Below, piece by piece: positions 24,663 to 32,669 of a stretch of 40,000 nt of DNA; the stretch's first letter is position 1, and each line of letters begins with the position of its first letter. This stretch comes from Anaerovorax sp. IOR16 (lineage in GTDB: Bacteria > Bacillota > Clostridia > Peptostreptococcales > Anaerovoracaceae): NCBI RefSeq assembly GCF_017168145.1, contig NZ_JADQTL010000009.1, positions 1,080,799 to 1,120,798 of the forward strand, given 5' to 3'. Both the position numbers and the translations under genes were made by a program. The notes under the pieces are model-generated. The model searched no databases. It had not been told where the DNA came from and worked only from the letters and a program-made list of their open reading frames with translations.

Positions 24663-27407
24663 TTGAAATTAGAAAATACTTATATAATGAATTTAGAAGC
24701 TTGTTATATTTATAAAGACATTATTGAAGAAAAGAAATTAACATATAAAAAACGAGATTTAGCAAAATTGTTCTCAGCTACGATACCCTACAGTTTAGAA
24801 ACTATAAGAATGGACAATTATTTCTCTGACACGTTTTATGCGATAAATGGAAAACAGTATACAAGAAAGGTAATCAATCTGACTTTTGATAAACACTATA
24901 CTGTATGGGATGAAAATTGTGAATATAAAAATAGACAGGGAGAATTAAAAAAAGGAAAAAGAAAAATTGTTGCTACTAAAAAGAAAATTAGGAAATATTT
25001 ATATGAAAATGGATTTATGATGGATGGTATCAAATACGTTTTTTATAAACGTGGAGCTGGAAAAGCTAAAAATGGATACGCACTATATATCCAAGAAGAA
25101 TTAAAATATAAATTATTATTAAGAAGTAGATTAGGATTAAAATTTAATAAAAATGAATTGTTAGACCTAACTTCTTTATTGGCATATGAATCTTTAGTAT
25201 CTTCTGGAATTGAATTTACTATTAAACTAGACCCCAAAACTGAAATATTATTGATTGATGATATTTACGGTAAAGAATTTGAAAATTTAGCAAGCGTAAC
25301 AAGAGAAATAGATGGTAAAATAGTAACTCAAAATGAGAGAATTAAATTAATAAATTGTTTAACAGACGGTCAAGGGCTATTGGATGAATCTGTATTTATA
25401 GAATACAAAAAACAAGACAAAGGATTTATGTTGCTCAGAAGCGATATGTTTAAAGATTGTGCTTTTAATACTAAACTTCAAAAATGGTTTAGAGAAAATA
25501 ATATAGATAAACTAACAGATATGTTTGGGAATATATATGATTCCTCTAAAATTAAACTAATAATCACTCCAAATTCTTTGAAATTCTTAAAATTTGCATA
25601 TAAATTTACTGAATCGCAAGATAAAGAAAAATATAATAAATTGAATTCAGAAGAAAAGAAACATTACGAAAAAATATGTTATGAATATTGGCTGAACAAT
25701 ATAGACGATATATTTGGAGTAGTTAAGTGTGACAAAGAAGGTAATTATGGAACATATAATAGGACTACTTATCAATTACTAAACAGCATACCAACTTTAA
25801 CATACGATGACTTAATGGAAATTACAAAAGAAGAACGTGAATATGTGATGTTATTAAAAAATGACAATGCTGTTTTTAGAAATTATTTATGTTCTGATGT
25901 TGAATATGCTTTGAAAATAGAACAAGCATTAGAAGATGAGAATATTGAATTATATGAAAATGTTGATTTGCTGAATGCATTATTACTTGTTAATTCTGAT
26001 ATTCAATATACCAAAAAATTCAAAAAGATGAAAAGTAATTTAATATCTAATTATATTAAATATTTAAAAAAGGGTAAGATACGTTTAAAAGATACTAAAT
26101 ATGTTACTATAATTTCAAACCCGTATGAAATGTTATTAGCCACAATTGGAGATTATAATGGTCGGTCTATAATGAAAGACAGAGAGGTCTATTGTCCGTA
26201 TTACAACGACAATCAAGAATTTTGTGTATCACGAAACCCCCATATTAATGCCGGAAATGTTATGTTTGCTCAGAATATAAATCATGAAGAATATAGTTGG
26301 TTTAATTTTACCGATAATATAATGGCAGTTAATTTTCATGATAATGATATGCCCGATAGATTACAAGGCGAAGATACAGATAGTGATACAAATTTAGTAA
26401 TGCCACATCCTATATTATGTAGAGCAGCCAAATATTGTGAAGCTCACTTCCCTACTCCTATCAATGATGTTTGTGGGAGTTCTAAATTGAGAAAGTATAA
26501 TATGGCAGAACTTCAAAAGTTAGATGTAATTTTAAGCGATAATTATATTGGTAAGATTATTAATCTTTCACAGATTATTAATTCTTATTTAAATGATGCG
26601 ATTTATAATAATACTTCAAAAGATATTATTGAAACTTTATATGCCGCAAGTAGTAAATTATCAAGTTTGAGTCAGATTGAGATTGATAAAAGTAAAAAAG
26701 TATTTGATAATGTAAATATGGGGAAAGAATTAAGTAATATTAGAAAAATTCCATATTTAAAATACATAGAAGAAAAAGATAAATATGGTCAAATGGCAAG
26801 GAAAATGATTGTTCCAAAATTTTTTAGTATGATTTCAGATTTTAATGAATATAGAGTATTTGAAGAATTTAATACTCCATTAGATATATTACAAAAGGCT
26901 TTAGTGTTTGAGGGTGGGAAAAGATTAAAGGGTGAAAAGAATAAGAATTTTGGAGAATTGCTAGTTAAAAGTAAAGAATTAGAAGGAATTTATCAGATTA
27001 ATAGTGCTGTGGCGATTTTTAAAATTATTGAACAGTGTGGAAAAAAAATAAACGGATTAAAATTAAAAGATTGTATTTTAAATGATAAGGCAAAAATAAC
27101 GGTTGAAAAAAAGACTAAACAAGAAGCTATTGCCAAATTAAATAAGCTTAATCCTAGTGAAGCTACAATTTTGTCTATTTTAAACCAAGCTTTAAATAAA
27201 AAAGAAAATGATATTTTGGGATTTAAACCTTATGGAATGTTAACATTGAATTTATTATTTAGTTCAAAAAAAATAAAAGTGTTAAAATGCTTTAAAAACA
27301 ATAATATACAATTAGATGAAATTTTAATGAAGATTAAAGATAATTATGATTATAATATCTTTGGAAATAAGTATCAGAAAATTACGTTAAATGAGTTAAA
27401 ATTATAG
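24663..27407 (+). CDS. putative single-subunit two-barrel RNA polymerase (YonO / RdRP-like family)
   Basis: 914-aa ORF; TTG start 6 nt after GGAGG. VSRNPHINAGNV (26229-26261) followed about 45 aa later by RLQGEDTDSDT (DxDxD at 26373-26387) mirrors the beta-prime NRAPTLHR...NADFDGD arrangement. KRGAGKAKNG (25047-25076) resembles the beta-like AGRHGNKG lysine motif. The CDS is certain; the function is motif-level inference. Confidence 0.6.
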   Translation: MKLENTYIMNLEACYIYKDIIEEKKLTYKKRDLAKLFSATIPYSLETIRMDNYFSDTFYAINGKQYTRKVINLTFDKHYTVWDENCEYKNRQGELKKGKRKIVATKKKIRKYLYENGFMMDGIKYVFYKRGAGKAKNGYALYIQEELKYKLLLRSRLGLKFNKNELLDLTSLLAYESLVSSGIEFTIKLDPKTEILLIDDIYGKEFENLASVTREIDGKIVTQNERIKLINCLTDGQGLLDESVFIEYKKQDKGFMLLRSDMFKDCAFNTKLQKWFRENNIDKLTDMFGNIYDSSKIKLIITPNSLKFLKFAYKFTESQDKEKYNKLNSEEKKHYEKICYEYWLNNIDDIFGVVKCDKEGNYGTYNRTTYQLLNSIPTLTYDDLMEITKEEREYVMLLKNDNAVFRNYLCSDVEYALKIEQALEDENIELYENVDLLNALLLVNSDIQYTKKFKKMKSNLISNYIKYLKKGKIRLKDTKYVTIISNPYEMLLATIGDYNGRSIMKDREVYCPYYNDNQEFCVSRNPHINAGNVMFAQNINHEEYSWFNFTDNIMAVNFHDNDMPDRLQGEDTDSDTNLVMPHPILCRAAKYCEAHFPTPINDVCGSSKLRKYNMAELQKLDVILSDNYIGKIINLSQIINSYLNDAIYNNTSKDIIETLYAASSKLSSLSQIEIDKSKKVFDNVNMGKELSNIRKIPYLKYIEEKDKYGQMARKMIVPKFFSMISDFNEYRVFEEFNTPLDILQKALVFEGGKRLKGEKNKNFGELLVKSKELEGIYQINSAVAIFKIIEQCGKKINGLKLKDCILNDKAKITVEKKTKQEAIAKLNKLNPSEATILSILNQALNKKENDILGFKPYGMLTLNLLFSSKKIKVLKCFKNNNIQLDEILMKIKDNYDYNIFGNKYQKITLNELKL

Positions 27408-27521
27408 TAATTGCAAGGCAAAAATTTTTTAACACCTCTCAAACCAAGTAATTGCAATGTGTTTAGGCTTCTGCTAATTCCTTGTATATGGAGATATATA
27501 CATTATTTTATAAACCTAAAA

Positions 27522-27557
27522 ATACCTATGAAATTAATCATGGGTATTTTATTATTT
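27522..27557 (+). terminator. rho-independent terminator after the RNAP-like gene
   Basis: ATACCTATG-AAATTAAT-CATGGGTAT forms a 9 bp stem with one G-U pair, followed by TTTATTATTT. Confidence 0.55.
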
Positions 27558-27694
27558 AAAAATATTAAATATTAGTATAATTTCCCAATTATACCATACC
27601 ACACTAAAATTAAATTGCAATACCCTATTTTTAAATAAAAGATTGGATTGATGTAAATTAAAACAAAAGTCACAGATTGGATTTAGGTAATTAT

Positions 27695-29116
27695 ATGAGC
27701 AAACGAAAAAATAAAACCAAAATAACCTTTTTAGGGAATAACAGTGAAGCAGTTACAGGTAGTATGATTTTGATTGAAACTATTGATAAAAATATATTAT
27801 TAGAATGTGGAATGATTCAAACAAATAGTCAAATAGAAGATTACAAATCAAACGCAAAATCCTTCCCTTTCAAACCAAAAAATATTGACTATGTATTTAT
27901 TAATCATGTTCATATTGACCATTTTGGTAGAGTTCCTAAATTAATACATGATGGATTTAATGGGAAGATAATTTGTACACCAATTACAAAAGCTTTAATG
28001 AAACCTATGGGTTTAGATTCAGCTAACATTGTAAGGCGTGATGCAGAGTATTTATCAAGAAAACGTGGTAAAGAAATCTATCCTTATTATACCGAGAATG
28101 ATATTTACAGAATGTTAGAGTTAACTGAAAGCTATGTGTGTGACGATATACATCAGTTGGATGATAATATTAGTTTTAAGTTTCTACATAATTCCCATAT
28201 CATCGGTGCTTGTCAGCTTGAATTATTTATAAAGAACGAATCAGGACATATTGATAAAATTTTATATACAAGTGATTTAGGTAGAATAAATTTAAAAAAT
28301 CACTATGTAGATAATTTAGAAAAATGTAAAAATGCAAGCGTTGTGATTAGCGAATGCACATATGGAAGTATTGATAAGAATATAAAAACTGATAGAAATA
28401 AAGATTTAGAGAAGATTAAAACTACAGTAGAACAAGTTTGTAATGTTCGAGAAGGAAGAATTCTGATTCCAGTGTTTAGTTTATCTAGGTCACAACAAAT
28501 TTTGACTGATTTGTATTTATTATATGGTGATAACCCAAATTTTAAAATACCTGTAATTTTAGATAGCCCTTTAATTTGGGGAATTACAAAAATTTACAAA
28601 GAAGTTTTAGATAAAGATAATTTAGATTTATTTGAAAAGGCGTGTAATTGGAAGAATGTAAAATTTATCAAAGATTATAGAGAAAGTCAATTATGTGTGA
28701 GTGACCCTACTCCAAAAATTATTTTAAGTAGTTCAGGGTTTCTTACAAAAGGTCGGTCTATTAATTATTTGTCTGAGTATATAAAACACACTAAAGATGC
28801 AGTAATTATATGCGGCTATGCCCCACCTAATAGCATTGCTGGAAAAATTAAAAGTGGACAAAAGAATATTTCAATTGATGGAAAATCCTATAAAAATAAA
28901 TGTGGAATAACTATCTTAAATAGTTACTCTTCACATATTCAGCATAAAGAATTGTTAGATTATCTAAAAGACATTAAAACTAATAAGGTGTATTTAGTAC
29001 ATGGAGAAGAAAAAGGGAAACTTCAATTTAAAGAAATTCTTGAAGAAGAATATACAAAATTAAATAAAACTACAAGAGTTATTTCTACTGTAAAAGGCAC
29101 AGTGTGTCATTTGTGA
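27695..29116 (+). CDS. MBL-fold beta-CASP family nuclease (RNase J / CPSF73-like)
   Basis: HVHIDHFGR (HxHxDH), NSHIIGAC, TSDLG, ISECTYG, SSHIQHKELLDY and YLVHGEE follow the metallo-beta-lactamase plus beta-CASP motif order. Start set at the first ATG; the track TTG at 27677 is unsupported. Confidence 0.8.
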   Translation: MSKRKNKTKITFLGNNSEAVTGSMILIETIDKNILLECGMIQTNSQIEDYKSNAKSFPFKPKNIDYVFINHVHIDHFGRVPKLIHDGFNGKIICTPITKALMKPMGLDSANIVRRDAEYLSRKRGKEIYPYYTENDIYRMLELTESYVCDDIHQLDDNISFKFLHNSHIIGACQLELFIKNESGHIDKILYTSDLGRINLKNHYVDNLEKCKNASVVISECTYGSIDKNIKTDRNKDLEKIKTTVEQVCNVREGRILIPVFSLSRSQQILTDLYLLYGDNPNFKIPVILDSPLIWGITKIYKEVLDKDNLDLFEKACNWKNVKFIKDYRESQLCVSDPTPKIILSSSGFLTKGRSINYLSEYIKHTKDAVIICGYAPPNSIAGKIKSGQKNISIDGKSYKNKCGITILNSYSSHIQHKELLDYLKDIKTNKVYLVHGEEKGKLQFKEILEEEYTKLNKTTRVISTVKGTVCHL

Positions 29117-29175
29117 TTATAGAATAACAATAATAAATTATTTTAAAGAATTAAAGATTTTAAGGAGAGAAAATT

Positions 29176-29361
29176 ATGGCTGCAAAAATTAAAAAGAAAA
29201 TGGGAATTGATATTTTAGGGACTATTGATATTAAAGAGAATAATGGAATCTTCATTGAAGTACAGGATATTGATAAGCCTATGAATTTAGCTGATTTAAT
29301 TAAGGATTTTAACGGATTGGAAGTAAAGATTAGTTTGGCTCAGTCTGAAGAAATTGCGTAA
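29176..29361 (+). CDS. small hypothetical protein
   Basis: ORF track; AAGGAGAG SD. Confidence 0.55.
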   Translation: MAAKIKKKMGIDILGTIDIKENNGIFIEVQDIDKPMNLADLIKDFNGLEVKISLAQSEEIA

Positions 29362-29373
29362 GGCGGTGTAATT

Positions 29374-30591
29374 ATAAATATTCCAAACGAATTAAAAAGA
29401 TTAGATGGTGAAAATGAAGAACGATACCTGTGGCGTGTTCAAGGGTACATAGACAGTGGAAAATATCAGAATTGGAAAGAAATTGTAAATTTTGTAAATC
29501 AGCAATGGCGTGAAGAAGATAAATATTATGATGAATCTTCCTATCGCAAACCAGTGGCATATGCAAAAAGATTTTATGATAATGTCTTTGCTTCTATGAT
29601 GCAAGGCGACGAATATTTAAAACAAGTACGAATACAAAAAGATGAATTAACTAAAGTTAAACGTCAATTCTTTGACCAAAGGCGTGAATATAATAAACTA
29701 CTTACATCTGATGCAAGAGCGGATTATCTTACAAAACACCTAATAAATTGTGCGAAAGAATTAAATGATTTTATCCCGTTGAAATTCAATAAGAGCAACA
29801 CAGAATATGAGGATAAAGAGGCTGTTTTAGTATTTTCAGATTGGCATTATGGTATGGTTACAAATAATATATGGAATGAATATGATACTGCTATCTGTAG
29901 AAAACGAGTTGAGGAATTAGTAGTTAAAACAAAAAAGTATATAGATTTTCACAAACCAAAGAATTTACATATTATTCTTTTAGGAGACGCTGCTCACGGG
30001 TCTATTCATACTGGTTGTCGTGTTGCTTCTGAAGAAGATACTTGCGACCAAATAATGAATGTAGCTGAAATTATTGCGGAAAGTGTCAATGAATTAGCTG
30101 ATGATGTAAATAAAACATTTGTATATTCTACATATGGAAATCATCTTAGAACAATACAAAATAAAAAAGACAGTATCCATTCTGATAATATGGAAAAACT
30201 CATATCTTGGTGGCTGAAACCTAGATTAAACCATAGAAATGATGTTGAAATTATTGATTCGGAATTCAAAGAATTCATTAAGCTTAATGTTTGTGGATAT
30301 AATGTTGTTTGTTGTCACGGTGATTTGGATAAAATAAAAGATTTAGGAATCACAGTTAATACAATTTTTACTAAGTTATACGGTGAAACCATTGACTATA
30401 CGATTTCAGGTGATAAGCATCATTTAGAAGAATTTGAATCATTTGATATTGAAAATATTTTAGTACGAAGTTTGTGTGGAACTGATGAGTATGCTAATAA
30501 TCATAGATTATATTCAAATGCTGGACAAACATTAATGTTTTTTACAAAAAACGAAGGTAGAGAATGTACATATAATATTAAATTAAACTGA
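29374..30591 (+). CDS. calcineurin-like metallophosphoesterase with extra N-terminal domain; non-ATG start
   Basis: Motifs in order: SDWHYG, LGDAAHG, GNH, CCHGD, GDKHH. The frame is open and protein-like from 29362, 64 codons upstream of the first ATG at 29554. Only ATT or ATA codons (29371, 29374, 29380) lie behind the AAGGCGG SD. The exact start is uncertain. Confidence 0.65.
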   Translation: MNIPNELKRLDGENEERYLWRVQGYIDSGKYQNWKEIVNFVNQQWREEDKYYDESSYRKPVAYAKRFYDNVFASMMQGDEYLKQVRIQKDELTKVKRQFFDQRREYNKLLTSDARADYLTKHLINCAKELNDFIPLKFNKSNTEYEDKEAVLVFSDWHYGMVTNNIWNEYDTAICRKRVEELVVKTKKYIDFHKPKNLHIILLGDAAHGSIHTGCRVASEEDTCDQIMNVAEIIAESVNELADDVNKTFVYSTYGNHLRTIQNKKDSIHSDNMEKLISWWLKPRLNHRNDVEIIDSEFKEFIKLNVCGYNVVCCHGDLDKIKDLGITVNTIFTKLYGETIDYTISGDKHHLEEFESFDIENILVRSLCGTDEYANNHRLYSNAGQTLMFFTKNEGRECTYNIKLN

Positions 30592-30624
30592 CCTCTTCCC
30601 TACCCTATTTATAAAAGTTTTAAA

Positions 30625-30657
30625 AGATACAATGTTAATTGTGTCTTTTGTTATTTT
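30625..30657 (+). terminator. rho-independent terminator
   Basis: AGATACAA-TGTTAA-TTGTGTCT forms an 8 bp stem with one G-U pair, followed by TTTGTTATTTT. Confidence 0.55.
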
Positions 30658-30691
30658 AAAATTATTTTAAGGAAAACAAGGAGAAATTATT

Positions 30692-30955
30692 ATGAATAAA
30701 GTTGAATTAACGAGTGCAGTTGCAGAAAAAATGAATATTGCAAAGAAGGATGCTGCTACATATGTAGATACAGTTTTAGACACTATTATGGAAACAGTTG
30801 AGGCACATGAAAAAGTATCATTGTCTGGATTTGGTGTCTTTGAAGCAAGAGAAACTAAGGCTAGAACTGGTGAAACAAATGGGGTTAAGTGGTCAAAAGA
30901 AGATGGTTTTGCTCCAAAGTTTAGAGCATCGAAAGCTTTTAAAGAAAGAGTATAA
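30692..30955 (+). CDS. hup: HU/IHF-family histone-like DNA-binding protein
   Basis: MNKVELTSAVAEKMNIAKKDAATYVDTVLDTIMETV...VSLSGFGVFEARETKARTG...PKFRASKAFKERV is the canonical HU layout. AAGGAGAA SD. Confidence 0.85.
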   Translation: MNKVELTSAVAEKMNIAKKDAATYVDTVLDTIMETVEAHEKVSLSGFGVFEARETKARTGETNGVKWSKEDGFAPKFRASKAFKERV

Positions 30956-30976
30956 GTAAAATTCTTCCTTTTGTTT

Positions 30977-31006
30977 GAGGGGTGGCTATATGCCTCCCCT
31001 CTTTTG
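30977..31006 (+). terminator. rho-independent terminator after hup
   Basis: GAGGGGTGG-CTATATG-CCTCCCCTC followed by TTTT. Confidence 0.65.
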
Positions 31007-31010
31007 ATAT

Positions 31011-31085
31011 GGATATATAGCTCAGGGGTAGAGCATACGACTTTTAATCGTAGGGTCGAGATTTCGAAATTCTCTATATCCACCA
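31011..31085 (+). tRNA. tRNA-Lys (anticodon UUU), with encoded CCA
   Basis: Folded by hand. Acceptor stem GGATATA/TATATCC, D arm GCTC-AGGGGTA-GAGC, anticodon stem TACGA/TCGTA with loop CTTTTAA. The T arm GAGAT-TTCGAAA-TTCTC has 4 bp plus one mismatch. Discriminator A followed by CCA. Confidence 0.8.
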
Positions 31086-31114
31086 GTAATAAATATAGAA
31101 AGGATGGTGCTTTA

Positions 31115-32098
31115 ATGGCTGAAATAAGTCCTAAAATTAGATTTTATAATAAGGAAAAATTAGAAAAAATTAATTCAGAAACATTAAAATTATGGAATAA
31201 GTATAAAATTGACATGTCAATTCGTGAGTTAAGTCAAAGAACAGTTGATGGATATGAAAACGATTTGCAGCATTGGTGGATATATATTTATGATAAACAA
31301 GGAAATCAATGTATTACAGATTTAGACGAAGATGATATTACTGAATTTTTATATTTTTGTAAAACCCAAGGTAATAATTCAAGAAGAATGAAACGTAGAA
31401 TGTCATCTATTGCAGCATTTTATAAATTTTTACGAAGAAAGAAAATTATTAAAGAAAATCCGATGGAATTTATAGAAAGACCAAAGAAAGATACCGATAT
31501 TATTACACAGACATTTTTAACCCCCGAACAAGTTGAATTAATGAAAGAAAAATTAATAGAGCATATTAAAAATTGTACTGATGGAAGGTTTCACCATGCT
31601 TTACAACTTCAATGTTACGCCCTATTCTCTTTGTCAACAATGGCAAGGGTTACTGCTGTAAGTAATACAAGATGGGAACAAATAGATTTTGAAAATCGTG
31701 TTGTTAAAGATGTTTTGGAAAAAGAAGGATATATTGTAGATTTATTTTTCTCAAAAGAAGTGAAAGATATATTGTTAAAACTACAAAAATATCGTAAAGA
31801 AAACGATATTGATGATAATGGATATGTATTTGTAACTACATATGATAAAAAAACTGATGTTACCACTACAGGAACATTAAACCAATGGTGTAAGGTAATT
31901 GGAAATATGATTGATGTCCCTACCCTTCATTGTCATGATTGGAGACACAGTGGTGCTACTTTGCTTAAAAATAAAGGTATGGAATTAGAAGAAGTGTCAA
32001 AATTGCTGAATCATAAGAGTACAGATGTTACTACTAAGTTTTACATTAAGACTGATACTACTCAATTACAAGCAAATAAAGATAAGTTTGAGATATAA
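31115..32098 (+). CDS. int: tyrosine recombinase / phage integrase (XerC/D-like, with SAM-like N-domain)
   Basis: The N-domain ...TVDGYENDLQHWW...SSIAAFYKFLRRKKIIKENP is present. The catalytic region has ARVTAV (Arg), HDWRHSGATLL (H-x-x-R) and LNHKSTDVTTKFY (His ... Tyr). Start set at the ATG at 31115 behind AAAGGATGG, because the track start at 30971 runs through the terminator and the tRNA. Confidence 0.85.
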   Translation: MAEISPKIRFYNKEKLEKINSETLKLWNKYKIDMSIRELSQRTVDGYENDLQHWWIYIYDKQGNQCITDLDEDDITEFLYFCKTQGNNSRRMKRRMSSIAAFYKFLRRKKIIKENPMEFIERPKKDTDIITQTFLTPEQVELMKEKLIEHIKNCTDGRFHHALQLQCYALFSLSTMARVTAVSNTRWEQIDFENRVVKDVLEKEGYIVDLFFSKEVKDILLKLQKYRKENDIDDNGYVFVTTYDKKTDVTTTGTLNQWCKVIGNMIDVPTLHCHDWRHSGATLLKNKGMELEEVSKLLNHKSTDVTTKFYIKTDTTQLQANKDKFEI

Positions 32099-32660
32099 TA
32101 ATAAAATTATAATTAAATTATGCGAAATAGAGTAGCATTGAAAAACTATACATTGCATAGTAGAGAACTAACCATTAATTGCTCGAATTGATGTGTCGTG
32201 AGGTCATACGACTTTAAATAATAACGGAGACAACCTTACTCGTACAATGTGCTATCAATCGGGGCGAGAGAATTGATATTCTATAGCGGTGGGTTGGTTA
32301 TGTTAGCCAATGATAGAAATTAACAATTAACGTATATGGTCGGGATGAAGACCTAAAACTCATTCCCATTACAGAGTAAACTGCGAAAAATCATTTTTTA
32401 ATTAGATGTATTACTATTGGGTTACTGATAGTATATTGAATACGGTGAGAATCCAAAACAAAGAAGTCTTAGATAGAATATCTGAGAATGTATTAAAACA
32501 CCACTAGGTCGCCAAGCAAAAGTGGTACACAAATTAGGAGTGTTCGGTAAAACACAGATTAAACTAATGTTTAATAAAACTATCATAAGGCACACCTATC
32601 TGTTTTTCCTTTGGATGGGATAATTATAATAAATAAAATAAAACAATAATTTGATATTGA
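32099..32660 (+). ncRNA. candidate large structured RNA or structured leader (class unknown)
   Basis: About 560 nt with no ORF of 60 aa or more. It is visibly G+C-richer than its surroundings. Hairpins include ATCAAT-N12-ATTGAT (about 32254-32277), TCTTAGAT-AGAAT-ATCTGAGA (about 32467-32487), CCACT-N15-AGTGG and GTGTT-CGGTAA-AACAC. Strand is assumed from gene orientation. Confidence 0.3.
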
Positions 32661-32669
32661 AAGGATGTG

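Noticed and set aside
31011-31085. The tRNA as a prophage/host boundary
   Set aside because: Phage-type genes continue on both sides (HU and enzymes upstream, integrase and terminase downstream), and the tRNA is complete. It is more likely phage-borne, though attP overlap remains possible.
30667-31114. Minus ORF 30667..31083 and the first 48 codons of track ORF 30971..32098
   Set aside because: The first is antisense to hup and to the tRNA. The second reads through the hup terminator and the tRNA-Lys. A proper SD plus ATG exists at 31115.
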